Assembly: GCA_002269645.1 (NCBI GenBank)
Contig: NIVC01000741.1
Span: 124,001 to 188,000 of the forward strand
Source of the DNA: Macrostomum lignano
Lineage: Eukaryota
Direction: 5' to 3'
DNA length: 64,000 nucleotides
Part shown: positions 10,307 through 48,691 of the stretch, one piece after another
Numbering within the stretch: position 1 is the stretch's first letter
How the letters are laid out: each line of letters starts with the position of its first letter
Notes under the pieces: model-generated
The model's database searches: none
Told to the model about the DNA's origin: nothing
Seen by the model: only the letters and a program-made list of their open reading frames with translations
Position numbers and translations under genes: made by a program

Positions 10307-11142
10307 AGCTATACTATTTAGCGGGAAGTTCAGGTGCTCCTCACATGTACTCATGGGCTAGACTAGCAATCCATTCAACCCCGTCTACCCTGACGATACG
10401 ATCCGAAGTAGAAAAATCTACATAACAACTCAGCAAAGCGGTGGCACACTTGAGCAATATTTATTACCCAAACAGTGGCTGTCGAATAGAATAAAATCAA
10501 AGTTTGAGGCAGCGAACAGCACAGTCTCATGCCATGTATTCCGCGAATAGAATGTACAGACAGACACGGAGCCTGCACAAGGCTGCAGTAGGTTGAAAAG
10601 CCGAACAGTGCCGGTATAATTACATAATTATATATGCATATGTTATAACTTCAAGCACAATTGGCATTGATAAAATATTTTAACTTAATGCTGCAAAAGC
10701 AATAACTATTCAAGTGACAAATTTCACATTTTCACATTTTTCCATCTTAGATTTTAAACAACAGGTTCTAAACAAATACATGCTTAGTTTATAGAATGAT
10801 TTACAAAATGAATCAAATTCAGCAATGCAGACAGAAGCCACAGGGCCAGGAGCAGCACACGGGAATACAGAGGGACCATTTGTCTGCACATGTCAACACT
10901 GGAATGCCGCTGTGAAGGCTGGTGCTTGCCAATCACTATTGAGTACACTGCGCTCCTTAATTTTAAAATAAAATAAATACATGTAGCCGACAATGCTTCT
11001 GTATTGAAATTGCACGGCACAATTAACACTGCGGTGACTTTTGCGCACTTTAGCACAAGTAACTTTGATTGAATTATTGGTTGTAAAATTGCTATTCATT
11101 CTGCAAATAGAATCATGAAAGTGATATGGGAGGCAGAGAGAT

Positions 11143-11585
11143 AGACACACAGACAGACAGACAGACACAGACAGACATACAGACAGAGACAGACAGACAG
11201 ACAGACAGAAAGACAGACAGACAGACAGAAAGACAGACAGACAGACAGACAGACAGACAGGCAGACACACAGACAGACAGACAGACAGGCACACAGACAG
11301 ACAGACAGACAGGCAGGCAGGCAGGCAGACAGACAGACAGACAGACAGACAGACAGGCACACAGACAGACAGACAGACAGGCAGGCAGGCAGGCAGACAG
11401 ACAGACAGACACACGGACAGACAGACAGACAGACAGACAGACAGGCAGGCAGGCAGGCAGACAGACAGGCAGGCAGACAGACAGGCAGACAGACAGGCAG
11501 GCAGACAGACAGGCAGGCAGGCAGGCAGGCAGGCAGACAGATAGACAGGCAGGCAGGCAGGCAGGCAGGCAGACAGACAGACAGA
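11143..11585. repeat. (GACA/GGCA)n microsatellite
   Basis: Direct reading. Confidence 0.95.
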
Positions 11586-12455
11586 TGAGAAGAGATGAGT
11601 TTAGAATCTGAAGGGTCGGCATGGAGTATTGCAGACGCATTACTGCAATCAGCACAACAGCACAGTATTGCTACTAAGGATAAATTTATCCAAGAAGGCG
11701 GGCAAGGGAAAGCAACAGCACAGTTTGAGGCCGCTGGGCCAGACTAAAAACAAGCAAATTAAAAAAATTGAATGCAAAACAATCGAGCACATGGTTGATA
11801 TTGCACAGGCTAGATGGGACCTGACTCGGGACTCTATTGGCATGCAAACAGCTGATTGATTTCACCAATTTAGCTGCTCAAGCCGGCTCTCTCAGCCGCC
11901 AAAGCGCTGAGCTCTATTTGCTGCTCGGGACTGCGCGAAGCGGACAGTGCAAAGAAGCGGCAGGTGCTGTTTTAGATTAGTTTGGCATGAATTTAGCAAA
12001 TAATACTACTACTCACACAATCGGCTACAAGTAGTACTGTAGGCACATAAGCCCACAGAATACCTGTAAAAATAGCATTTCACACAAAAAACCACATGAA
12101 ATTGTGTTAAACGTGACTGGGACTGCACAGACTTGGAATTAAAAGCTATCAGAAGAGAGCGGGAAATGCAGCGAAAGCAGCAAGCGTTAGCGGAGTTGCT
12201 GTTCTCCACAGAAGCAGCAGCTTTATTTATATATAGATTATAATAAATTAATATTAATATGGAAAGAGCCGGTAATGTGTAATAAGCACTAGGAAAGTTT
12301 GCATTTGCACTTGACTGACTGAAACTGATGCGATTTGAACTGCATTCGCATGTAGAATTTCATCTGAAAAACTAATTGGCTGACATTGATGAGGACGCGA
12401 CTGGCTGCGTCACCGACTGCGGCTGACCTAATTAGCTCAGGTGAAGCTGGGAAGT

Positions 12456-13005
12456 CAGCTGATGAGTCAGACCGGATTGAGTCGGTTTGTCAAACATGGG
12501 TCGATCAGTGAGTCAGGCTGGGTCAGCTGATGAGTCAGACTAGGTCAGCTGATGAGTCAGGCTGGGTCAGCTGATGAGTCAGACTGGGTCAGCTGATGAG
12601 TCAGACTGGGTCAGCTGATGAGTCAGACTGGGTCAGCTGATGAGTCAGACTGGGTCAGCTGATGAGTCAGACTGGGTCAGCTGATGAGTCAGACTGGGTC
12701 AGCTGATGAGTCAGACTGGGTCAGCTGATGAGTCAGACTGGGTCAGCTGATGAGTCAGACTGGGTCAGCTGATGAGTCAGACTGGGTCAGCTGATGAGTC
12801 AGACTGGGTCAGCTGATGAGTCAGACTGGGTCAGCTAATGAGTCAGACTGGGTCAGCTGATGAGTCAGACTGGGTCAGCTGATGAGTCAGACTGGGTCAG
12901 CTGATGAGTCAGACTGGATCAGCTGATGAGTCAGACTGGGTCAGTGAGTCAGGCCGGGATCAGTCGGTGAGTCAGACAGGGGTCAGTGAGTCAGGCGGTG
13001 GGTCA
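12456..13005. repeat. 22-bp minisatellite GACTGGGTCAGCTGATGAGTCA (about 20 near-perfect copies plus degenerate edges)
   Basis: Core 12510-12950; degenerate copies reach to about 10 bp from the integrin stop codon. Confidence 0.95.
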
Positions 13006-13015
13006 GCCGCAGCTC

Positions 13016-35801
<22,786 letters not shown>

Positions 35802-38800
35802 CTTTGTGTGGGGGTGAATGGTTGAGACTTTACAACATTGCATGACCAACCAACATAAATTGTAGTAAAAAAATATGCAACATATTGAAGCTAAGAAATA
35901 AGCATTCCCCAATGTATACATTTACTAATAGGAATAGCAATTTAGGAATGTGAACTTACACTATTAAAACCAAATATAAACTTTGTTTTAGACACAACTG
36001 GCAAATTACTTCAGTTTTTTATTTCTTATTTTTAAAAGTGCACTAGGAGCAAAATGAAAGCAAAGGAGGCTCTCAAGTTTTAAAGTACTATAAGGCCATA
36101 TAACTACTATATAATATTAATTCCTTTCTTCATTTGCTCCCCAATAAGAGTATAGATTGCTAGTAACTAACTAGCTTATTCACTAAGTACTAACTAACTA
36201 AACTAGTCTGGTATGACATGCTTTTAGAATATGTTTTTTTTAATACTTTCATTACTATTGTAGCCAAGAAATAACTGCAGTAGGTGGTCTAAGTGGTTTT
36301 GTTATGTATATTAGACAAAATGCATAAGTATACCTGTTGGCATGCCTGATAAAGCCTGTCTTCTTTTCTCCTTTAGACATTTTAGCCTTAGTATACCAAG
36401 ACAGACTTTTATAAAAAATACTTGCATATATTAAGGTTTTGATTAGCATTATATATAGTATATAGTATAGCATATAAAGTGTTTATAGGCTTCTACATTG
36501 TAAATAATTTCCATAAAATTACGTCTACTAGTTATTAGTTATCCATTATATTTAATTACTAAACCATAAAATATAGCATAAATAATATAGAGCTAATACA
36601 AAAACTTGATATATAAAAATATATCAATAGCTTGCCTAAAAGGATTCTTATTCTTCTATAAGAATAAAATATTGTCAGCTTAAGGGGTCCTAGTCATTTT
36701 GCCATTTTCCATTTTATAATCAGGTGTAGCCCAATTTGACAAAGGAATTTTTGGCAAAAGATGCTTAGGTGAAAATGAACTTTTAATTCATATAGATATA
36801 TATTTTAGCAAAAGAAAGTGTCCAGTTTGGCAAAAAATAGTAGGCTATTTTATTTATTAAATTATAATTGCAAATATATCACTATGGTAACTGTAGCTTA
36901 ACTGTAGTTAAGTATTTCTGTATTTAATTTTGTTTATTTACAATTATAGAGTTGCCCGGTCTTTTGAATTATGTTTTCCAATTTAAACATGCAAAAGTGT
37001 CAATGAGTGAATATCTCCACGTTTCTCGTGGTCTGCATTTCATGAGGATTCTCTATAGGTTTATGGTTTATATGTCTGAATACTCTGGGACAATTCAAAA
37101 CGATCTGCACAGGAAAAAAACAATATAATTAGTTTGATTTCTTTTTTTTAAATATATTCTTTCAACGAAAATATTTAAATATATTACAAAACATAAATCT
37201 TAACAAAATAACTACTACCAAATATTCTGAAACGCCTCTTATCACTAAAATGACAATACTCATGAAATCTTAGATTTTTTATTGAAAATGAAGTGTGTCT
37301 ATCACAATAGCAACTTTTCACCAAAACCACTATTTGTCACCAAAATGTCTGTCACCGAAACGACTGGTACCCCTTTTCATCAAACACTTGCACAATATGA
37401 ACATTTTACTATCATTGGATCCTGTAATAACTGAAAAATAGAGAAGATTTTAGTGACTTTGGATTGTTGGTTTGATATATGATTAAAATGATACATGTTT
37501 TGCTTTCTTATATCTTTTTAATGAGGATCATCCCAATTTTTAATGATCACAAAATGAAAGAATGCCTATTCGATGTGTTTGAAGCATTGTCATCTATGCT
37601 TAATTTCATAAAAATGTAGTGAAAGTAGAGTTAAATAATATCGAGGCTAACTAACATTAAATTTAAAATCAAATTACCACATAAAGGCATTTAGTCTAGA
37701 ATTTTTAGTATATAGGAAAAGAAAGCAATAAATAAATAAATAAACTCACGAAATTATTCCATTTTTCTCATATGGTGCCATAGAGAATCCAAAGCTTTCA
37801 TTTGCATTGGAAGTGAGAACAAAGTAGTAGTCATTAAAAAAATTAACATTTGTAGTTGTTACTCTCGCTGCAATAGAATATATACTAAGAAAAATGAGCA
37901 GATTTTGTATGACGAATAATTGCATGTCGAAATCTCTATGGATTTATAGACCCTTAATGCTGTCTAAAACGCTCAATATACGACAGGTAAGCAGAGCGTA
38001 GGTCTCGATTTTGGCCCTTCCCTGAGCTGAACGCAGGTGAAAGAACTGAGAGTGAGCACTGAGGCTCTGAGCAGTTGAATAAAATTTTGCCAATGCCACT
38101 AAAAGCTTGACGGCGGTAAATGGATTCGCATGAGTTTAAAGAAGCACTATACATTAATTAGTACATTTATTAAAGTAACAAGCTAATCTATTAACCAAAC
38201 GCTTTGCAGTAGCGAGAAGAACTGCACTATAATTAAATCGATGTGTCAGCCTTCTGTCTGACTCAGCCACGTGAACAGTTCGCAGAAAAAAGTGTGTTTA
38301 AAAAACTTTTTAAATGTAATAACGAAACTACGAGGACATTGAAAAGCCGGACAAATCTGCAAAAATCTAGTCAACCAGATTATCCGCGCTAAAAATAACT
38401 ATTTGAGGGTTTACCTACCTATAAAGAAATAACTGTATTTTTACTTTATACCGGCCCATTGGTTCGGGGTTTTAGAACAGAAAATTCTATATGCCACGCA
38501 ATGAAAAATGCGATTTAGAAATCTAAAATTTGTTGCAATGGGCATATGATTGCGTGTGGATTAATATATTAGAACAATATATTTAGTCTATAATATATTT
38601 ACACACCAAATCAAAAATTTAAAACTACGAGAGAATAGAGTTACATGTATATAATTTAAATGAATCAGACAGGATCGAGTAAAAAAACACAGAATGCAAT
38701 TTCATGGACTGTTCTTAAATACTTCTAACTGATCGATACACATCCAAAAAATATTTATTGCCAAGAAATTAGAATTAACAACACAGTCGCATATATTCGT

Positions 38801-39281
38801 TAATTGAGAAAAAGCAAGGGCGAGAAGCTGCATATGTAGCTCGAATGAGGCTCGTACTGATCGAATTTACGCGCAACGTGCTCAAACAATTTATTTCAAG
38901 GGTGACTTGACTATTTACCCTGCTAAAGCGTGAAGCGGCTCAAGATGTTTTCGATCGAGACGAACTTTAAACCTCTCAACAGCGCGTTACATGCACGTTG
39001 GCTATATTTTGATTGGCTACAATTTTGAATTTTTAAGCCCAGGTACCTGACTGGGACACAAAAATTGTCATTTATCTAAAACAGGTCAAATATTACAACA
39101 TCGATCTGCATTACATGTGCTTATGCTTGTAATAATAATCGTTTTCTATCAAGCGAAAAATGCCTAGCTAATATGCCCCAGCAAAATTAATGGCACAAGA
39201 TCGAAATGAAACCTGTATGAATGAGCATAAAATTTAATATATATATATACATGTATTTTTTAGAGGCTATCAAGAGAAGGG

Positions 39282-39775
39282 TGCGAGAGAAAAGGGTACC
39301 GTTTATTTTGTCAGACAAAGTTCTTATATAAATCGTTACATTGTAATGGGCAATCAGACATATAGCACTCGTAGGGAGGTGCGCACACAGAAGCGCGAGT
39401 CATTTCCCTAGACGAAACATCAAGCTGCTGGCCGCGGCTGGGTGGATCGTCACCCCCACCAGCCAGGCGTGCTGGAGCCTGCGTGCAAACGCCCTATAAG
39501 TTCTCGATCCCGGCTGTGCACCGCCACAGAGCTCCCCCAGCACCGAGAGCCATGCGAAGAAAGTCGGACGGCACCGGCGAAGCGGCACGTCGAGTGGAGG
39601 ACTGAGATCGTCACCGGATGGGGCAGGAATCGCCACGGGAGGCGTCTCGTTTGGTGGACAGCCTTTCGGTCGAAGCCCTGGCGACGGGACCAGGCCAGCT
39701 GCGTCGATAACTGCCGGCTTCAACCTGTCGACTGACACCCGGTCACGACGGGTGCAGAGGTCCAGCAACATCCAC
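39282..39775 (-). mobile_element. 5'-truncated Gypsy remnant (integrase C-terminus, PPT and 3' LTR)
   Basis: LDLCTRRDRVSVDRLKPA integrase tail, then GGGGGAG PPT, then an LTR starting TGTGGCGG at 39528 with AATAAA and a probable CA end near 39282. Confidence 0.6.
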
Positions 39776-41171
39776 CGACGGAGTAGCAGTAGCAGGTCGC
39801 TTCGAAACTATGTTTACATGTAATAGCAGTAGTTTTCCGTCCGTCGAACTACCAAGGGGCCGGGACACGATCAAAAAAAAGTTGTCTTAAGCCACTTTGC
39901 TTCCACAAGCCATCCTGACGAAGTTGTATTCAAGATGACTTAAAATTGACTTTTGTGAGATGTCTTGTTTAAGAAATTGATCTTCAAGACATCACCTTAA
40001 AGACTGAAAATTTGCATAAACTACTGTTTCTACTGTAAGTAAGAAATTTCAGATACAAATTTATTCAGATCATTTGGACAAAAAAGAAAATCAAGCAACT
40101 ATTGTGACTTTATCTCTAATTTTTGTTAAATTGTAGTCTGTGGAAAGGTGTGCTGCCTTCTCGAAATCTATACAAAGACAATAACCAGAATTGACCTACA
40201 TGTATCTACATGTAACATCCCTTGGTTGACTCTGCGAGGGCCATGCAGCATTTGCGCCTGCCAAGGAACTGGGGCAGCTGCAGCATGTACAGTACTTGAT
40301 ATAAAGATGTACATTTACCCCAGTGGTACATGTGCACAAATAGCACAGGTACATATGTAGAATTTCGCAAGAAGGCTGCTATACAAGTTATACAAGGCTG
40401 ACAAAACGGGGAATTCACAACATATTTTAGGCGATTGAGCCATCAACTTAAAGGAGAGCTACTAGGATTCAGCTATGGCTTAAGGGAGGCTCAAAAGGGA
40501 TGCTGATATCTTAGGCCATAGATGGCTGCATGGCTTAGGACTGATTATTTTTTCTTTAAACTTCATCTTCAATAAGAAACTAAACTAACAAAACTAAAAA
40601 AGTGACTAGTTCAAAAGCTTACAGTATAGGTAGAAAGGTTGGGAAAGTAAATTAGGCTTGGTTTAGGTTAGGAACTTTAAGCAGATCACTGCATGATCTG
40701 TGACAATAATTCATAAGATTCCATAACTGTCACGCATCGTGTGCCCCTTTTTAATAGAAAGCAGTGCAGTGCATGCTGCTTTTTCATGGCACGGCTATAC
40801 TCGTAAATCAAAATAGCGATAGCAGCTGGACAGAAAAATAACACTTATGTGGCTTCCTGTACACCATACGAATTTTAGCGCAGGCTATCATATCAGTGTA
40901 CAGCACAGCGGCTGCTGGGGGTGGGGGCTGGCTTGGCGGTTATACACCAGTAGGGCTTGTCAAAAGCATGTACATTTAAATATCAACGTACAGCTATAGC
41001 TCAATTGCACGTAGGGCTGCAGAACCCAACCCTCCCCACCCCCCACACCTCAACGGCGTGCTTGCAGATTACCTTTTATATGGTAGCAGCGCAGGCAATA
41101 AAGTGTCGTGAAAGGCAGGAGGAGCTTGACAGTTCAGCAAGACTGCAGCGGCGCAGTTTCCACCGCAGAGA

Positions 41172-43095
<1,924 letters not shown>

Positions 43096-43627
43096 ACGAA
43101 TAGCTCGTTTGTCAAGCAGGACTGGCAGTCTTTCAGAAGGCACGTGCAACAAGCAAAGTCACTCGGTGCTTAAGATGCCCAAGGAAGCTGTTGCAGCTAG
43201 AATGTCCTGTCGTAGCATTTCGGCTTAATGTCAGAAAAGCATTATAAGAAAAGTAGCTCGTACGAGCGTATATGACAGTTGAAGCTGTAAATCCCATATT
43301 TATGCCATTTAAGCTTGTATCTCATTGTTTTTCTATCTTCACCAACACATTACTGTATGCTCATTTTACGAATCTCCTATGCAGTTGACTGTGGTAATGT
43401 AAAAAAGTCTTTTTACTACGCGCACTTGTGCGTTGGCCGATTATCCTGAAGTCTCACTTACGAATAACCTTCTATTATCCTGAGTTCCGACCTTCGTCTA
43501 ACCACCCATTAGCACAATGGTTGCACATGAGCAGGTGGTCTTGTATCGCGCTGGCCTTGGTACGGACATAGCATTTTTTAAAGTCAGCACTCGGGGTTTA
43601 CCATAGATTATAGTAAAGAAGTATAAG

Positions 43628-43763
43628 TTCTTTCCGTTTCTTTACTTCTTTGGTCCAAACCGCTTGGCTGAGAACTCGTTTCTTGGCCGAGGCGTAGCCG
43701 AGGCCTGGAATCGAGTTCAAAGCCTAAGCGGTTTGGACCAAAGAATCAATGAAACGGAAAGAA
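43628..43763. repeat. 136-bp palindrome upstream of the Crypton recombinase
   Basis: TTCTTTCCGTTTC/GAAACGGAAAGAA, TTCTTTGGTCCAAACCGCTT/AAGCGGTTTGGACCAAAGAA and GAACTCG/CGAGTTC arms around GGCCGAGGCGTAGCCGAGGCC. Confidence 0.9.
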
Positions 43764-43924
43764 TAGATTTCTGCCTCATTTGGTCCGTCCGTCAGAGTCG
43801 TGTTGTAAGTGTCTATGGTCAAGACTTCTTTTTAGTATAGGTCCTCGCCTAGAGAAGACCCATGCACGATCTTTCTTTACTCTTTAGTTTGCAACTTTAT
43901 TTGAACAACGCAACAATCACAAGC

Positions 43925-45215
43925 ATGGATTTAGATTTTGATCTCGGGATCGACTTTATGCCACTCGACTTTGCGACAATCGACGATTTATTGAGTGCTA
44001 CAGGCGTTCCTACAGATGGAGAATTGGAGTTTGCTACCGAGGAGCAGAGGCTAGAAGAAATAATTAAATCTGTTATTCCGGAGGGAACAAAGAAGTAGGT
44101 TCAATGGATGGTGGAAGCTTTTCGACGCTGGCACGACAAGAAGAAGGAAATCGGACCTTAACTATCTACTTAAATGGTTCATACTGGAGGTTCGTACAAA
44201 GAGTGGCTCTCGGTACACTGCTTCTACGTTGAAGGACTTTTTCAGTATGTTGCAGTACTACCTAGTCAACGACTGCAAGAAACCGTTTAGCCTGTGGAAG
44301 GATGTGGAATTCGCTGAGAGTCGACGGGCGTTGGACGCTTCAATGAAGATGAGTACTCGAGAGGGCAGAGGTAGTGGACTGCGTAGAGCTGAGCCTGTTC
44401 CTGCCAGCATAGAAGACAAGCTGTGGCAAAGTGGCATGCTTGGTCGGGATACGCCAAAACAGCTAGTGAGTGCTCTGATCTGGTGCGTCGGTAAGCACTT
44501 TGCTCTCCGCGGGGGATCCGAACTGCGTAATCTGGTGTACAACCGCCAAATCCAACTGGAGAAGGTAGACAATGAATTCTGCTTGGTTTATAGAGACAAC
44601 ACTGGAACGAAATCCAATCAAGGCGGCCTAAAGGGCCTTCGTCGCGAACCCAAGGTTGTCAGAGCTTTCCACACCGAAGATCATGCCAGGTGCATTGTCT
44701 GTGTGTACACGGACTACTGCGCGCGTCGGCCACGTGAGTGCCATGAAGCTCTTATCTTGTCATGCAATCGTCAGTGGAAGCCAGACAGCTGCGCCGAGTG
44801 GTTTATGCGGACGCCAATGGGACGGCACACCCTGGCTGACACTGTCAAGACTTTAGTGAACGATGTTTCGCCTGGTAATGGTACACGCTACACGAATCAA
44901 AGTCTACGCAAGACCTGCGCTACCACCCTGAACGAGGCTGGCGTGCAACGAGCTGACATAGCACGTGTGACCGAGCACAGTAGCAACGCTTTAGAGCGCT
45001 ACATTGGCATCTCAATGAGTCAAGAGAAAACTTTCAGCGCCATCCTAGCTGGATCTGCAGCTGCTGAAACGAAACCGGATAGTGCAGCAAAAACCGAGCC
45101 GGCCGGGGCTGGAGACGAGATGGACGGTGGCGTTGGCAGTGGTCAACCAAGGGTGAAGAGAATGCGCCTGGAGGTGTGTGGCGATACAAACAAAGTGAGC
45201 ATCTATTTCGAATGA
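43925..45215 (+). pseudogene. Crypton-type tyrosine recombinase (DUF3504-like), degenerate
   Basis: IPEGTKK*VQWMVEAFRRW (in-frame TAG 44096-44098), a frameshift, then LNYLLKWFILEVRTKSGSRY, FALRGGSE, TKSNQGGL, RCIV, WF...PMG, YTNQSLRKTCATTL, VTEHSSNALERY. Confidence 0.85.
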
Positions 45216-45583
45216 TTGAATGATTGAAGTGACAAAATACAGCATCGTAAAAAAATTCTTCCTTTAATATTGCATTGTTAATGTTGTTTTATTACATCAC
45301 TTTCTGGTAATAAATATACTGTTGTTGAGTTGATTTCTCTGGCCCGGACCCAATGTATCTTTGGCCGGGCCAAAGAAAGAATTGTTGCATTGAACCATAG
45401 ATACATATGGAGCGGCCAAATGGGGTTAAAAGACATGAAAGCGATTTAGTCAAGTGCCACGTATTTAAACCCTTCCATGACTTGATTTTAGTCAAAGTGA
45501 ATTTAATTTAGTCATCATGGCGGCAGCTGCAGGCATTCGCAGAGTCACTATCTCTGAGCAGGATCGGCGAAGACTCATCGAGT

Positions 45584-45681
45584 CTTCCGACGGGAAAAAC
45601 CCTGCGGGAAAAGCTCGGCGGGAAAAGCTCGGCGGGCAAACGTCAGCGGGAAAACTTCCTGAGAAAAACTCTCATAGACCC
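45584..45681. repeat. Left arm of an about 100-bp inverted repeat (partner 48515-48616)
   Basis: CTTCCGA..GGAAAAAC.CTGCGGGAAAA (GCGGGAAAA)n ..CTCATAGACCC. Confidence 0.8.
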
Positions 45682-45864
45682 AAATATTGAGGTGGTGGGG
45701 CGCTTCGCGATCGATATATTGAATTGCTGGCCCATGGGGCTTCGCGATCGGTATCAGTGGTTTTTGGCTGAACGATCAATAATGTGGTTGGTGGAGCATT
45801 AATGCTATTTAAGAAAAATGCAGTCCAAAATATAGCCCGTTCATCGCGCCAAAGACCGCAGCCG

Positions 45865-47454
45865 CTAGCTGTAGTATCTCACTCTAGGCTTGAAAGTCTT
45901 AGTGACATTAAACAGCGGCTTCCGCCCCTTCCTCATGTATTCATAGCCCAGGTGCAGGAAGCGGTGCACAGCTACAGTGCTGTTGTCAGAGTCATCCATG
46001 CTCCAGTTCTTCACCTTCAGCATGCGACAGCCGCGATCCAACCAGAGACGCTTTTTTCTCCCGAGCGGCTCTGCAAACAGGAGCGCAGGCTTCGTTTCAT
46101 TTGTTGGACAGCGGGGAAAGTAGGGCGAGAACTGCACATAATTAGGGATAGGGAATCGGGATACGACTGTAGAAGAGAGGTCTACACAGGGGAGCTTGCG
46201 GAGACAGCATAGCGGGAAGAGAGCGGAGAAAGCAGAAAATAACAGAGGAGAGAGACAATTGAGATTATGCCCCGGCAATTCCAGCTATCCGCTCTCTGCA
46301 TGCTGAATACCAAGTCGGAGACTCACTGGCTCCGCGGCAGACACTCGTCCAGTTGGTCTGCCAGTCCATCAGCGGGGAGGCCACGCTGGGTGGCAGCAGC
46401 CTCACCGGCCAACTGCGGGCAGACCGGCTGTCTCTGTAGTTCTTGTACACCTTTGTGAGAACCATCGGGCCAGTGGAGACGATAGCTGTACCGGGCAGCC
46501 TCTCGGCGAGCACTTTGTGCATCATGGATCTGAAGAAGGGATGCCCCGGCACCGAGCCCATCAGGGAGTTCATGGCGCTGAAATTGGCGTCATGAATGAT
46601 TCTGGTCAGCTCCAGCCGCTCCTGGTCGATGAAGGCCGCTTGCCGGGTGAGACTCGGCCCGAACGGCTTCACGCATTCGACGTCCATGTCCAGGTAGATG
46701 CCTGCGGTTGAGGTAATGTGGGAAGCCACAGTTTATCGGAAATGTGAGCGGATTCTGATGGAGACCTGGGAAGGATTCTGATGGGGATCTAATAGGATTC
46801 TGATGGGATCTGGTAGGATTCTGATGGGGATCTGGTAGGATTCTGATGGAGATCAGGTAGGATTTTGATGGGGATCTGGAAGGATTCTGATGGAGATCTA
46901 GGAGGATTCTGATGGATTCTGATGGGGATCCGAGAGGATTCTGATGGAGATCTAGGAAGATTCTGATGGGGATCTGGTGAATTCTGATGAAAACCTGAGA
47001 AGATTCTGGTGGAGATCTCGGATGCAGCAGATTTTGTAACTTCATTAAAAGGTAAAAGTGCCGCACCTCCAAACCGGTGCAGGATGACGTATCGAATGGC
47101 ATCGGAGTGCTGCAGGTTGTATTTAAAGCTCAGGTAAGTCTTCAAGTATTGAGGACATTCCTTGGAGATGAGAGCCCTGGCATCGGAGTCCCGCCACAGG
47201 TAGTAAGTCCAGTTGGGGTTGAGCTTCAGACAGCTGCTGATCATTGGCCGGTAGTTCTCGTAGACCATCTCGGAGGCGAAGGTTTGATGCAGAATTTGAG
47301 GGATCTCGAATGCAGCTGGGGGATTCTCTTGCCTCTGATTGGCAGCGTCCTGTTGAACTCCATCAAATAAGATTGCATAGCTATCTGTTAGTTGGCTGTC
47401 TTCAGCTGTTGCATGAGCCTCCGACGAGTTGATGTACTTGTAGCACAGCAGTGC
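45865..47454 (-). CDS. GT32 (Gly_transf_sug, SUR1/Och1-like) alpha-glycosyltransferase; 5' exon not located
   Basis: Exons 47067-47454, 46327-46701 and 45865-46070 are phase-consistent. Motifs [41 protein letters not shown] (DxD), [18 protein letters not shown] and C-terminal HRFLH. Confidence 0.85.
46750..47020. repeat. Degenerate GGATTCTGATGGGGATCT tandem array in the GT32 intron
   Basis: Direct reading. Confidence 0.8.
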
Positions 47455-48514
47455 CTGAAATTACAGTGCAGTTTGAGTGAAACAGTGGCACAGTCTCTTC
47501 ACAGGTGACCAGCACAAATAGGCCTTGGAGTTTCGGCACTTAGGGTTTTGTCCTGTGGGTTGAGCGCAGACCCTTCCCTGTCTGTCATCTCCCGCCCCAA
47601 CACTCCTGGCCGGCTTAGCGTCTCTATACCTAAGAGACCACCGGCGACCATCTGTGCAGTGTCTCGCCCCTGGCTTAATGCTATTCCCCTTTAATTCCCT
47701 TATTATTTCCCTGTGGCGCTGTTCCATTCCCCTAGATTTCGTCCATACCATACAGTATTAGTCCGCCAATTTTTACTGTTCCATTGTTACTGTTAGTACG
47801 TAAGTACTTAAAGTACTTTACGTAAGTTTTTTCCCCAATTTCATTTTCTCACCCAAATGCGCGCGCGAGAGCCTGGTAGGTTAGCACACCCTACTTGCGT
47901 GATCACCCTTGCATCCGACCCTCCATTCATCATTCTGATGCACCCAACTCATTTGCAAGCGATTGTTCATTGTTGCGCAATCATTATCATTCTATTTCTG
48001 TCTTGTTCCCGATAATTGAGCCTATTGTTCTTGTTTCACTCTTCTTTCTCTGAACCCTGTTTGCCAGACCCCCGCGGAGTTGACCTGAATGCGCCCACAC
48101 CCGCCCAGATTCTCATTTTCCACACGTGACCCACTCCTGGATGCAGAACCCTAGCTTCTCGCACTGAGCATTTTAGGAAACTATTGAGCTTTATATGTTC
48201 CCTCATATTACTCTTAGTAGTAGTCCAGCACGCTGTTATTTTCGTCAGACACAACCACAAAAGATCCCTGCTGAAACATCATTTAGTTGGTGTAGCAGAC
48301 TCCCGATGAACGCCAGATCAAAGTCCCATCTTCGGCAAATGGGGAGCTCATATCGGGTAGTGACAGCCTTTAAGGTGGCCCCTACAGCGGCCCGAAAACC
48401 TGCAAAGGCATCTTCAGGCCCAAACGCTGCCTTAAAATTCCTTTACTCCGGTGGGTGATTCGGAGACGAGCACGACAAAAGGCCTGTGGTGGCGCCAAAT
48501 TCTATCGACTAATC

Positions 48515-48616
48515 GGGTCTATGAGAATTTCCCGCAGGAAGTTTTCCGCAGCGAGGTTTTCCCGCAGCGAGGTTTTCCCGCGAGATTTTTTCCCGCAGTG
48601 TTTTTCCATTCGGAAG
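48515..48616. repeat. Right arm of an about 100-bp inverted repeat (partner 45584-45681)
   Basis: GGGTCTATGAG..(TTTTCCCGC)n..TTTTTCCATTCGGAAG. Confidence 0.8.
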
Positions 48617-48691
48617 TTCAAGTCAAATTCAATCAGAGTTGAAATCTAGTTTATTCTAGTTCTAATCTAGTCTAGTTTTTTATCTAATCTA

